Part shown: positions 1 to 13,560 of the stretch, piece after piece
How the letters are laid out: each line of letters opens with the position of its first letter
How positions within the stretch are numbered: the first letter of the stretch is position 1
NCBI GenBank assembly: GCA_026026165.1
Contig: JAPEUD010000016.1
Span: 1 to 64,000, forward strand
Length of the DNA stretch: 64,000 nucleotides
Direction: 5' to 3'
Source: Sarea resinae
Taxonomy: Eukaryota
Position numbers and translations under genes: made by a program
Notes under the pieces: generated by a model
Database searches by the model: none
The model's input: only the letters and a program-made list of their open reading frames with translations
Told to the model about the DNA's origin: nothing

Positions 1-126
1 AACCCTAACCCTAACCCTAACCCTAACCCTAACCCTAACCCTAACCCTAACCCTAACCCTAACCCTAACCCTAACCCTAACCCTAACCCTAACCCTAACC
101 CTAACCCTAACCCTAACCCTAACCCT
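1..126. repeat. Telomeric repeat (CCCTAA)n / (TTAGGG)n, left chromosome end
   Basis: 21 perfect AACCCT units starting at base 1. Confidence 0.99.
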
Positions 127-3100
127 TACTAAGCAGTATGCAGAATAGTTTGTATCTCTTGCGCTAGCGCTACCTCCTTTTAGACCTTGCTAATTTCTAA
201 GAAGTCCTATATAAGGGCCTTTTTATAATTATAAAGCATTGTAGTAAGTATCTCTTTCTTTTAATCTAATATACTATCTCCTACAACTATTGTCTCTAAT
301 CTTTTAGGCGTAATATAAGATCCCTTTTGCAACTTTAAAAACTTTAGAATTAGCAACATGTTAAAGTCTTCTTCTAGATAGTCTAGGTCTTTTTCGTGTA
401 ACGTTTTATAGTTTAACGTGTCTTTCTCTTCTAACTCTCTTTTCTAGTTTTTCGCTCCTCTAGGCTTGCTACTATCTAACACTAAAGTGTTAACTAGTCT
501 AACCTTATCTCTCTTTTTCTTATACATTGTATAGATATAGGCTAAGTTAACGTTTCCTTTTAGATTTAACTCTAGATTAAGCATCCTCTTAGAAAACTAG
601 TAAGTTTCCTCTTAACCTATATATAACGCTTTAAACTCCTTAACTAAATCATTATTCTTCTAGTCTGTCCTAGAGAAATCCCTAGCCTTATTATCTAGTT
701 TCTATCTGTCTTTTTCTTCTAAGCCTTGCTATATTAGTCTTATAGTTATAGCAAACACCTGCTTAGGATAGCGTCTGCTATCTAGTTTAAACAGTTCTAG
801 CTAGAGAATATATTAGCATACCTTTTATTAGATAAACTTCCTACTTATACTGCACTAAATATCTTTGAATAATGTTAGTCCTCTAAGAACACAGTGCACA
901 TTGTTATTCTATTATCCTACACCTTAGTGTGTATATAAGCAGCAATCTAATACAGTTGACTAAGAATAAGCAGTTAATCTAGTTAAGTAGTGATAAAAAT
1001 AGGTACTCTGCTAGTAATACCTCTAATATCGACTTTAATATCTTTAGCGCATCCTATAAATAGTGCTAGCTTTCCTTTAATGCTAATCATTATAGTAGCT
1101 AGTTAAGGAGTCTAACTTAGCCTAAGATTCTTTGCTGTTAATAGACTTATTAGATATATCTTAGCACTACTATCTAATAGTCCTCTTATTCTCCTTTTTC
1201 CTTTAATGCTTACTTCTGCTATTATACACCTAGCAGCATATAACGTAGAATTTAGTATTTCCTTATTAGTATAATTGTTGCTTTCTATCTTTCTAACTAT
1301 TACTAGGCGATCTATATCATGCTGTCTAGCTGTAAGATAGCCTTCTAACCTTCTGCCTAAAGAGTACAACTTATCTCTAAGGTTCTTAAAGAAAAGCCTT
1401 TAAACTTTAGGCGCATTTAAAAGAAGATCCTTTACTATAACGTGGTTAAGCTGCTGATCTAGTATTATATCTATAATAGAAGCAGAGTTAGTGTCTTCTC
1501 TAAGGTAATTAGACAATTAGCGTTAATAAGCCTTTTGCTAATGTGTTTCTTCTACCTTATCTATTAGCTCTAGCTTAGCGAACTCTACTCTCTTCTTAGA
1601 ACTACTAGCTAGACTAGGATATTACAAAGGCTGTTCTTTATAACAGACTATATCTCTCTTCTTAAGAACACAACTGCTCTAGTACGTCCTAGGGTAAATG
1701 TTCTTAGCTGTAGGTAACTTTTCTTCCTCCTAAATTCGCCTCTTATAGACTCTAGCATCTAGGTCTTATATAGGTTTCTATATAGCAAGGTTAGATCCTT
1801 ACCTAAGGATCCTCTTAGGTTGTCTTACTAAATAGACATTTGATTAGTTATAGTTATTAGCTTCTACATCTATATTATCTAGCTTAAGATCTGCTGCATA
1901 AATAGAACTAACCCTTGCTAAGTTAACCTCTAAACTAAGGCTTAGTTGCTCTTTCCTTTTGTTATACATCCTTTTCTATTCTCTGTTAGCAAACAAGGCT
2001 TAATATTTGCTAGGAGGAATATGCAACTCTGCTCTACCTTATCCTTTAGGACTCTAACACATTTAATAACGTTTGTTAAAATAAATCTTCTTACTTATAA
2101 GGAGCTGCTGTATTAGCAGGCAATTAGCGAATCTATAGCGCTAGTCACTGCATCTAAAACATCTAGTTAATTAAGCACAGTTTGTATCGCAGGCTAGATC
2201 TGCTCTATTATTCTACTAGCTAGTCTAGTAGTTTAGTGCACTTACAACTTTTAAGGCAGAAGATAGTATCTAAGTAAAGAGCTTAGCAGTGTTTATAGCA
2301 CTTGCTATAACTGCCTTAATTAGAATTATTAAGCTAGCTAACCTATCTGCTAATTTGTCTATAACCTTATTAACCTTCTTACTTGCTGTTCTTTCTACAT
2401 AATCTTATACAACTAGAGGTTAGAGTAGCTCTGCTACAGCAGCCTTTAGAGCTAAGTGCTGTCTCTTAATTAAGGTCTTTACTATCTTTATTAGCTCTGT
2501 CTTATTTAGCTTCTACAGTGCCTGCATAGATTAACATTGCTTAATAGCAATGTTAAAGATCTTCTTAAAGTTAATATTAGTAGGGTTGTAATTGTCTAGG
2601 TTAATATAGCCTTATGTGATAACTTTAACTTAGATCTCTTAGAGAAGGCCTTAGAGGAACTATAACATGCAAGTATAGGCATTAAGCTTGTTTTTCTAGC
2701 ATAGGGTTTAAGAGATGCTCTAGAACTAACAATAATATTAACAGATCTCCTTTGTATTTGAATAGGGTTTCTCTTTAAAGGCTTTAAGGTAAGTTTAGGA
2801 GTTGATTTGCTGCTCTACATCCTAATTAGAGTAGTCTTTCAGCAGCGATTTCTTAAACTTATTCTAATCTATAAGATACTCTAGTATAGTCTTAATACTA
2901 TAAGACATAATACTCTTACAATAATATAGGAGCTGCTTAAACATCTTTGTTTAGTTAAGCTAGTAATCCTTACACAGTCCTTTATATCTCTTAAGGAACT
3001 CTATAGCGTTTACCCTATTGAAATATAGTACGCTATAGGTCTTAGAGAATAGTATAAGAGTGAGATAATGTATAGTAGGTAGAAATACAGTGCTAGCAGC

Positions 3101-6100
3101 CATTGTAGGTAGTGTTAGTAATTCTAGTGAACTATCTCTTAAAAAGTGCAGAGAGGAACACGTTTGCATAGCAGTAACAATTGCAGCTGTAATAGAGTTT
3201 GTTATTTCTTAAATAATTGCTTAAACAAATTGTGTTGACTTATAAGAGCACTTGTCTTATTTGCTGCTTTTAACTTTCTTATGTTTAGACCTTGTCTTAC
3301 TCTTACTAATCTACTTATCTCTAGTAGCGCCTTAAACATCCCTTAGCGCACTCTTTAACGCATGATAAAGCTGTTTCTTCTATCTGTTCTCCTTATATAC
3401 TGCGTAATAAACCGCCTTATTGCTAAATAAACTGTAAGCTGTTAAGGATCGCCTCTAACCTCCTTAGATAAATAGCTGTCGCCTAACTATTTTAACAATA
3501 AGATCTAGCTAGTCTAGTAGAATTTTTCGTCGTGTAATCTCTAAACTTTATGTCTTTGTTTCTAAATTCTTTTAGAGACTTTGTAATTCCTACTTCTTAT
3601 CTCTCTTATATTGTGCTAACCTTTTAGAGTCCTAATTATACAGGCTAGGTTTTGTACTAGCCTTGCAGATCTAGCAACCCTTCTATGTATCCTTTAAGCA
3701 GTGTTTATACTTATCTATAAAGCACTTTCTAGTTAAATCTATATTGTTTAAGCCTTATATAGGTCACTAATATAAGAGATTAAACTAGATCGCACTAGAT
3801 AAGTGCTAGATAGTCCTAAAGATATAGGAACTGCTAAATTATAATAGCGCTACTATGCTTAATAGTTGTTAAGTGTGTCACTGTCTTAGGTCTTGCTGCT
3901 AATATATCTTAGAGAACTTAAATAGGTAGCAGAATAAGCGTATTAATTAATAGGAGCTATTAGCCTATAGCCTAGTAACTAAGCAATAAGAAGAAGAGAA
4001 GAAAACTAACACGCTAACTGCTTACTTAACTAAATGCTAGAAAACTAATAACTAAATACATGTATAAAGAACTAATAATGCCTCTTTTCTAAACCCCTAA
4101 GGAACACAACCCTACTACTAATACCTAATAACTAAGCTGTTACTAGTTTACTCTATTACACTAGTATAACTAATCTATCTACTATATAGACGTTGTAATC
4201 CTATAGCAAGCTGTTATAATAGCGCACTAATAACTCTTTAGTGTTGTAGCTAGGCTAGCCTCTAGTTATATAGCAGCTAAAGAGTAGCAGCTTAAGAAAG
4301 GCCTATATATACTAATAGTAGTCTCTAACTAGGCCTAGTTCCTAGCTAGTGCTATTGTGCTATTAGAGCGGTTTTTTACTGCTCTCTCTTTCTTTCTTCT
4401 AGACTATCTAGAAGTATTAGGTAGTGCGTACAACTCGCGCTACTATTAAGGAGAGCCTCTAATTAAGCTTGTTTGCTAGGTTGCTAAGGAAGGACTAATT
4501 CTACTATATAAAGGCTATATTATCCTTAATACTAGCTAGGTTAATAGTAAAGCAGTCGCTTAGTTTGCAGCACTATATTAGCTTAGGCTAGAGGATAGCC
4601 TTAGCAGCCTTAATTACCTAGTGCGCTATCTACTAGAAGTAAGCGATTATAATTAGCTTGCTATAGAAGCGCAGCTACTAAACGCCTTTAGGCTAGCTTG
4701 TTATTGCTATACTTAGCTGCTATAAGCTAATATACTTGCTATATACTAGCAGGCTAATTATTATACTTATTAGGCTTAGTAAGCTATTAGTAAAGAATCT
4801 CTTACACTAGGCTAAGAAGCGCTTCTACTTAGCTAGGCTTTGCTGCTCTTATACTACTACTAGTAGTAGCACCTTAGCTCTAATTACTTATATATAGTAA
4901 ACTACTCTTACTAGCTAGAGAGAGTAGCCTATCACTATATATAGCTAATTAGTTTTAGAGTTAATACTAAGCATAGTAAGGAAGTAGATTAGCGCGCTAT
5001 TAAAGCAGTCTACTAGTAGTAGGTAAAAGATTAGCGCTTATAAGAAGGCTAGTATATAGTCAACTTATAAGGACTTATTACTATCTAGCTTAAGTAACTC
5101 TTAGATAGCTTATAAGGGCTTATTCTGCTCTGCTATTAGATATAGCAATTTATTAGCATCTTTTAGCTATATATTAAGTGTATTGTTATTGTTAGCTGTA
5201 GTAAAGGTGTAGTAGGCAAAGATATATAGGTAATAGCAGATTAGATATACCTAATAGTTAGTATAGCGTGCCTAGGCCTTATTACTATATAGCTAAGCTT
5301 ATAGCTGCTAGTGCACCTTAGTGCGCTTCTTACTATATAGCTAGTAGTAGAGCTTAAGTAGTAGAGTAGCTAGCCTAGCTATATAGCGCTTAATTATTAG
5401 TTAGGTAACCTTAGCTACTTAGCCTAAGATATAGTTAAAATCTTACCCTAGGTGTTGCTACTACTGCTGCTACCTAAGTCACTAGTTTAAAAGCTTGCTA
5501 GTGTAGAGAAAGTACACTATATTCTAACAGCCTAGGTAGGCTAGCTAGCCTGTGCAACTAAACTAGCTAGTCTAATTAGTCTTCTACACTTTACTCTTAA
5601 TTAAGGCCTAACTCTACTTATATATAGCCTGCTAAGCATTAAATTCACACTAGATCTAGCTTACTATATTAGCGTCTTTATAACTTAACTATATAGGCAA
5701 CCTAGTTAAGCAGCCTAGCTTAGAGTTAAAAGAAAAAGAAGAAGAAGAGAAAGAGAAAGAGAAAGTATACTCTTCTTAATCTGCTAGCAGCAGCTGTATA
5801 GAGAAATATTGCTGCAGTCTATAGCTGTTAAAGAAGGTCTACACTCTTACTAAGTGCTAATATATCGCTTTTTTTAGCTAGCTAGCCTGCTAGTAGTGCT
5901 GCTTATTGTAATGCTTTTGTATTACTAGTTAATTAACACTAATATAGCGATATTAGTTAAAATTATTGCATTAAAAGGCGTCTAGTAGCGTTCCTAATAC
6001 TAGAAACAACTAGCTATTAACTAGTAGTAATTAGATGTCTTATAGTTAAGCAAGGATATAATTATATAGGCTAGCTACAATTAGCTGCTACTACTTTACT

Positions 6101-6309
6101 AATATACTATAATAATACTTAAGATACTAGTTAAGGTTCTAAATCGCATAATTATATTGCTAGTATAGTAGCACCTAATAATCTAGTTTATAGACTAGCT
6201 AGTTTACTATAATAGTTATAGTAGCAGCAGCTGCTATAGCTGCTATAGTAATAGTAATAGATAGTTAGAGCGCGCGCGCTTGCTTGCTATAACTAACTAA
6301 AGAGATTTA

Positions 6310-7570
6310 GTAGAAAGTATAAGTTAAAGGTAGCCTCTAACTAAGGCCTTATAACTCTAAGAGGTTAAACATACTAGAACAGCTCTAATAGTAGTAAGAG
6401 ATAATTAATCTAGTTGTATATAGAAAGGCTACTACCTATAGGTTAGAGATTAAGCAAGTAGTGTTAGATGTAATATCTTACTAGTTTTATATTAGCTTAA
6501 TTCTATACTACCTTAATTGCACTTTCTACTAGCTAGGCTAGCTAATAAGCGACGCGCGCGCGCTAGGCAGTTAATAAACAAACACTAGACGCTTGCTTAA
6601 GATTATTTATTATTTTACTAGCCTAGCTAGCTAAATAGCTAGCAAGTAAGGCAGGCAAAGCGCTTGCAGCCTAGAGAGAGGTTTTTCTACTAGACTATCT
6701 AGAAGTTTAATTATTAAACAGCTGTATTAGATAGGATAGCGACTAGCTATATAGTTAGGATACTACTAAGGCTTGCTTCTTTTAAAGTGCTACTAGAGGT
6801 TACTTAGAGCGTGCTTAACTAGTTACTAGGTTAGTTAGTTAGTTAGTTGCTATTTTAGAAAAAAGGTAGCTTATACTACTAAGAGTTACCTAGAGATACT
6901 ACTAGAGAGAGAGAGAGTTACTTAGAGCGCGCCTACTTACTTACCTAGTTGCTTTTAGTAGCAATATAGTTAGAGTACAAGTAGAAAGTAGCTCTAACTA
7001 AGGTTAAGCAACTCTAAAGAGTTAAGTAAGCCTAAACAGTATTAATAGTAAGAGATAATTAATTAAGTGCTATAGAAAGGCAGCTCCTTAAGGGTTAGAG
7101 ATGCAGCTAGCAGTGTCTAAAGCGATTTTAACGCGCTAGTATCTGCTTAATCCTACTATACTTAATCTTACTTTCTACTAGTAAGGCAAGCTAATTACTA
7201 GCTAGGTAGTTAGAGTATATACCTAGTATATCTCTTTAATCCTACTTTAATTATAAGCTACAATATAGTTAGGTATCTCTAGAGAGTTACCTAGAGATAC
7301 TATAGAGAGTTACCTAGAGATACTATAAGAGGTTACCTAGAGATACTATAGAGAGTTACTTAGAGATACTATATACATGTCTTTTCTCTTATATCTCTTA
7401 TATAATACATATGCAAATCTTTATGCAATGCTTTACTCTACTTTACTTTACTCTACTCTACTACTTTATAACTCTTAGAGCTAGCTAAATAGCTAGCAAG
7501 CTAGGTAAGCACAGTGTATATATATAGAGAGCTTTTTCTTCTAGACTATCTAGAAGTTTAATCTTTAAAA
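6310..7570 (+). repeat. Diverged direct duplication of a subtelomeric module (~6310-6720 vs ~6975-7200 plus ~7480-7570)
   Basis: Shared blocks ctctaactaagg...actctaa, taatagt(agt)aagagataattaat...tagaaagg, and ctagctaaatagctagcaag...ctagactatctagaagtttaa occur twice in the same order. Confidence 0.75.
7281..7372 (+). repeat. Tandem 23-bp minisatellite AGAGAGTTACCTAGAGATACTAT x4
   Basis: Four adjacent near-identical units; related partial copies at ~6795-6930. Confidence 0.9.
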
Positions 7571-8109
7571 GGCTGCTAGATTAGATGCAAGCAAGCCTTC
7601 TCCTTTCCTTTAAGCGCTATGTAAGCGCTAGAGGTAAAGTGCGCTGTTAGTCTGCTTTAGCTAGCTGTAATCACCTCTTAATACCTCTAACTCTAAGTAA
7701 CTCTAAGGGATAGAGCAACTCTAAGGGTAGGAAATTAACGCTAGTAGGCTAGCAATTAAACAAACAAAGGGCAAGCGTGTAGGTAAGGATTAAGGCAGCT
7801 ATTAAGGTAGTTAGGTTAGTAGGCAGAGAGCGTTTTTTAACAGGTGTGAAAACACTGTTAAGAAAACACTGTTAATTCTTACTTAGGCTTAGTTTAATGC
7901 CTTAAAGAGGTAAAGATTAGTAGGAAGACAGCGTCTTTAGCTAGTGCAATGTAGTTAGGTAGGATTATAAGTTGTAATACAGTTAGGACTTAAAAGAAAA
8001 GGTAATAAAAAGGCTACTACTAATAGAAGTACTTATCTAACTTTAAACACATTTATATTATCTTATTACTACTATATATATTAGAGAGAAGAGATTCTAA
8101 CACTCTAAC

Positions 8110-8418
8110 TATAAGGGCTACTACTAATAGAGGTGCTGTATAGAGTTTAGCGCAGCGTAAGATAACTACCTAATGTAGTTTAGCAATGTTTAAGTAAGCT
8201 AAGCAAGGTTATTAGTTATATAGATCAATAGAGGCGCTAGCTATTAGAGCTAGCGTTTAGTGCAATTACAAAGTTAGTGCCTACTAGTAATATCTATATC
8301 TATAGTATTAGTTTTATATTGCTAGAGTAACGCTAGCACGCTGCAATGCACTAGCCTATTTAATTATGCTATTCCTACCTACTCTACTATAGCTAGAAGC
8401 CTAGGAGGTAGTCTAATA
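8110..8418 (+). repeat. 5' LTR of outer element (heavily mutated)
   Basis: Colinear with 22148-22456 at equal length; the differences inspected are C>T/G>A transitions. Confidence 0.95.
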
Positions 8419-8429
8419 ATTCTAAACGC

Positions 8430-11400
8430 TCTACTAATATAGTAGTAGACTAGGCGAGATAGCGACAATAAATACATGTAATACTTTAAGGGCTCTTAAT
8501 ACTCTACTAAGTGAAGGAGCTAATAGAGACAACAATAAGACAGTAGCAAGCTAGGTAGAAGGCAAGGTTAAAGAGCCTGTCTCTAACTAGATCACTAATT
8601 AATTGCTAGACTAAATACAGTAAGAGCATAACGCTAAAGAGTAGCAGGCTTAATATTGTTGACTCTAGAGAGAGATAGCCTAGTTCTATACAGAACAGCA
8701 ACTACAAGCACTTGTGTAAGTATTGCAGCTAGGATAAGGCCTTGCAGCCGCTACGCTAGCACTCTACATCACTAACTAGACTAAAATCTAAGCTCTAAAG
8801 CTATTTACAAGTAAGATAATTAAAGAGCATAATAAATTCGTCTGATCCTATAAGATAGCGTTCTAACTAGAAGCTATTACAGATAAAAGTAATAATGTAG
8901 CAAAGGTGCTATATGCTATGCAGTACCTAAAAGACAAACTAGCGCTAGTGTAGCACTAGGTTAAAGAATCTACTAAGAAAGACACCTATACCTAGGATAA
9001 ATTTGTCTTATTCCTGCTAGACTAAGTAGAAGATCTAGTAAATCAGAGTAGTTTAATGTTATAGCTATACTATAACGCCACGCAAGGGCTGCACTAGAGT
9101 ATTAATAGCTTTACAGCTTTCTTAGAACAGATTAAACTAGAAGTGCTAGAAGGATAAGATATCTCTAAAGAGCAGCAATGCAACTTGTTCTATACTAAGA
9201 TCTAAAGTGAAATTTACTAGGAACTGCTCTAAACTCTACTAATACTACAAAAGTAGAGCGCTGCTGTAGCGTTAGCAAATCAGGTAGAGGAACTCCTTTA
9301 TATAAGTAATAAAGAGAATAAGAATAAGAACTTTAATCTATCTAAGCTAGATAATAAGCGACAGCATAGCGATAGTGTAGAGAAGAGAAAGAGTTAGAAC
9401 AAATAAAGAACTAAACAAAAGTTTGATCCTACTAAACGCAAGGGCAAAAGCCTACCTCTATAAGAACAAAAAACTTCTGCTTAGCCTAAGAATAATAAAG
9501 GCGATAAGTCTATATAGTGGCCTTAACAGCTCTCTAATAAGGAGTATTGCTGCAGGTAAGAAGGCAACCTTTACCTAAACTATAGCTAAGAGAGCTACTT
9601 TGCTTCTACTTATAAGAATAAACACAACGATAAGCCTACGCTAGCTTTATAACTAGAGCTAGAACCCTACACTATTTACTATCTTAGTGTAGGAGAATCT
9701 TAAAGAGCTCTAACTCTAAGATTAGAGACATCGCTAACTATTCGCACCCTTAGTAGTACAGCAAATAGCACTGCCTTAATTGATTTAAGAGCAGAAGCTT
9801 CTCTAGTTTTGCAATTATAGATTAAGGAGCATAGGATCTCTAAGGATAAGCTTAGGCAGCTACCTAGCGTAGTAATAGTAAACAGCTTGCAAGTAGCAAT
9901 CTATAGCTAACACTAATTAGAAATACAAGTCGCTAATAGTAATAGCGTGAGAAAGACAGTGTAGTGCTAGTTCTTTACCTACAACTTTAATAGTCCTCTA
10001 TTCTTGCTTAGGTATCTATAGCTGTCTTTATACCGCTATAATATGTGTTAGTTAGAAGGTAAATTTAGCTACGTTAAGCTTATAGATAAGCCTAGGCTTA
10101 GTAAGGAATATTAGAAGAAACGTTAGCTAAACTGCTAAGAGATTATAGTAGTGCCTAAACCTATAGAGGTAGTAAAGCTTTACTAGGTTAGCGCTAGTAA
10201 TAAGATACCTAAACAGTATAAAGAATTTGCTTCTGTCTTTAGCAAAGAGAAAGCTAGCTAGCTTCCTAAGCATAGCCTAGCTAACTATGCTATTAAGTTA
10301 GAGAGTAAAGACTCTCTCTATAGTCCTATATATCTATTATCCTAGAAAGAATTAGGTATTCTACAGACCTACCTAGATAATAGCTTAGTAAAGAGGTAGA
10401 TCACTTTATCTATAAGCCCTATTAGTGCGCTAATCTTATTTGTGCCTAAGAAAGATAGTAGCTTACAACTTTGCATTAACTACTAGGCGTTAAATAAGGT
10501 CACTATTAAGAATTAATACCTATTACCCCTTATTTCTAAGCTTATAGACTAAATAAGCAGTGCTAAAGTTTTTTTAAAACTAGACCTAAGAGATACCTAC
10601 TACTATATAAGGATCTATAAAGGCGATAAGTATAAGATAACGTTCTGCACTTATTACAGCTAGTTTAAATATAAGGTTATGCTCTTTAGATTAGCTAATG
10701 CACCTGCTACATTTTAGAGCTATATTAATTATACATTACAAGGCCTAGTTAATATCTGCTGTGTTGTCTATCTAGACAACATTCTTATATACTCTAATTC
10801 ACCTAATAAGTATAAGAAGCATGTACACTAGGTCCTTAAACAGCTATTAACCTATAGCCTATATGTAAAGCCCTTAAAATATGTCTTTAGAGTGTAGGAA
10901 GTTAATTTCTTAGGATTTGTTATTAGGACTAATAGTATTGCAATAGAGAAGAGCTAGGTAGACACTATAAAAGAGTAGCCAGCCCTTAAAACCTATTATA
11001 ACCTCTAAGTCTTCCTAGGATTCACGAATTTCTACTAACAGTTTATAGAGAAATACTCTATTAAAGTGCTGCTATTAACTAGCCTGCTTGCTAAGAGTAA
11101 GAATAGAAAGAAAAGCAGTCTATTCTACTTCTCTAAAGAAGCTAAAGAAGTATTTAAAGCCCTAAAAGAAGCTTTTACAACAGCGCCTATACTATGCTAC
11201 TACAATCTAAAGAGGCAGATATAAGTAGAAACTAATGCTTCTAGATTTGCTGTTGCAGCAATTTTATCCTAGCTAGTTAAGGATAAACAAGGCGTGACAA
11301 CAGCGTTAAGGTAGCACCTAGTTGCATACTAGTCTAGAAAGCTTACTAATACTAAATCGAGATATAAAGTGCATGACTTAGAGTTGCTAGCTATTGTAAT

Positions 11401-13560
11401 AGCTTTTAAGTAATAGCGCTACTACTTAGAAGAGGTAAATTACTCTATTAAGGTCTTAACTAACTATATAAATCTATACTACTTTATAACAACAAAGGAG
11501 TTAACCTATTACTAGGCTAGATAGGCTAAACAAATAGTAGCGTATAATTTTAAACTTATATATAGAGTAAGGAAAGCTAATCTAGCTAACAAGCTATTGC
11601 AGCGCCCTAATTACAAGGTAAAGATATAAGGTCTAGAAGTAATGCTTTCTACTCTATAGCAGAAGCTATAGAACCTGTGTATATTAAAGAGAGACAGCAC
11701 TGCGCTAGTAATCTAAAACCTTCTTACTAGAACAGATAATAAGTATCTAGGCGAAATAGGCGCTAATACACTAAAGGATAATGTGTATCTATAAGGGATT
11801 AAAAACCCCTCTAGGTTAGAGGATAACACTCTACCTACTGTTAATAAGCGATAGCAGCGCACTAGGATAACACCTAGTTTAAGTGTAAAGAATAATATAC
11901 ATCTATAAAGGATTAAAACCCCTTCTAAGTTATAGGATAACACTTAGCCTAATGTTAAAGAGTAATAGAGAGGCACTAGAGTAACACCTAGGCCTAGCCT
12001 AAATAACAATGCTAATAAGCTAGTATTAAGAGATAAGTTTAAACACCTCTATATAAGATAAGCAGTGTATAAGGCAGCTGCTAATAAAAGAGTGTATAAG
12101 CTGCTAATAAGCTAGCTGCTTAATGTTATCCTTAGGACTTAGTAGGAAGATTATTTCGCTAAGGAAAAGATTAGAAGCATTCTGACTAAAGAGGTTACAG
12201 GCTAAGAAAAGTGGAAAATAGACTCTATAGGCCTGCTACACTTAGAAGGCAAAGTATATATACTGTGTAATACAGCTATTAGGTTAGAAATTATAAGAAT
12301 AAACTATAATAACCTGTTTAGTAGCTACTTTAGCGCTAAGAGAATGACAAAGGTGATCTAGTGTAAATACTAGTAGACTAATTTAGCTAAGGATGTTAAA
12401 GAATATATTAATAAGTGCGATATATATTAAAGAGTCTAGGTGCCTAGGCATTGCCTATACAGCGAGCTACAGTTATTACCTATACCTTACTAGCTGTTTA
12501 AAGAAATCACTATAGATTTTATTATAGGCCTACTGCTAAGCAACATAAGAGATTGCAAGGCCTATAATATAATAATAGTAGTAGTTAACTGCTATACAAA
12601 GATAGCGAAATATACTCTATACTAGACAAATCTAAATGCTGCTATACTTGCAGATATATTTATTAACGTTATAACAACAGCGTATAGCAATCTAAAGCGC
12701 ATTGTATCAGATAGAGGCAGTGTATTCGCAAGCAAATTTTAGTCAGCTATATGCTATTAAATGCGAATTAAGAACTAGCTTAGCACTACCTTCTACCTGC
12801 AGACAGATAGCTAGACTAAGAGGTAAAACTAGACGTTAGAACACTACTTACAGTGCTATATAAGCAGCTGCTAGGACAACTAGGCTCTGCTATTACCTAT
12901 AGCTAAGTATACATACAATAATAGCATATATTTGTCTATAGCAATGTCACTCTTCTATGCCCTATATAGCTACAACTTAGATCTACAACTTAATATTACA
13001 GATAATGCTATAGAGAGAGAGGTGCTAGCAGCAAACAAGCGCCTTAATATCCTCTAAGAGGTAAGATAAAGACTAGAAGAGGATCTTACTAAGGCATAGC
13101 AGTACTAAGCTAAGTAGTACAATAGGAAACATAAGCTAATGCAATATAAAAGAGGTGATAGAGTTATGCTGTTAGCGCGCAACCTTAGCACTATACACCT
13201 AAGTAAGAAGTTAGAACACTACTATATAGGCCTATTTATAGTACTTAACTCTATAGGTAAGTAAGCCTACTAGTTACAGCTCTCTAAGGCTTATAGATCT
13301 ATCTATCCTATATTTTATATGTCTTTGCTTAAGCGCTACTACAGCAATAACAATACCTTAGACTAGCACTTTAAGCTAGTTAATAGCTAGGTTAAGTAGA
13401 TTGTTAAGAAAATCCTAGGCTATAGAGTACTTAAGAGAGAGCGATAATATCTAGTTAAGTAGAAAAGAGCTCTAGTAGATAACACTAGCTAGAAGCTAGC
13501 AGAACACTTAGTAAACGCTATAGACCTAGTATAGGATTATAAACAGCACTTACTCTCTAA
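8430..13560 (+). pseudogene. Degenerate gag-pol of outer element (PR-RT-RH-IN-chromodomain)
   Basis: Domain motifs in Ty3/gypsy order, interrupted by many TAA/TAG stops. Boundaries approximate. Confidence 0.9.
11775..12000 (+). repeat. ~114-bp tandem duplication in the RH-IN linker of the outer element
   Basis: aaggataatgtgtatctataagggattaaaaacccctctaggttagaggataacact is repeated as aagaataatatacatctataaaggattaaaaccccttctaagttataggataacact about 114 nt later. Confidence 0.8.

Larger units (their letters stand above)
127..8109. other. AT-rich subtelomeric block with RIP-like mutation; degenerate former coding/TE sequence
   Basis: Very strong TpA excess and CpA/TpG depletion, stop codons in all frames, no ORF over 90 aa. 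Confidence 0.9.

Noticed and set aside
7281..7372. CRISPR-like appearance of the 23-bp repeats (also the 14-bp repeats at 15171)
   Set aside because: Units are contiguous with no spacers, and the context is eukaryotic.
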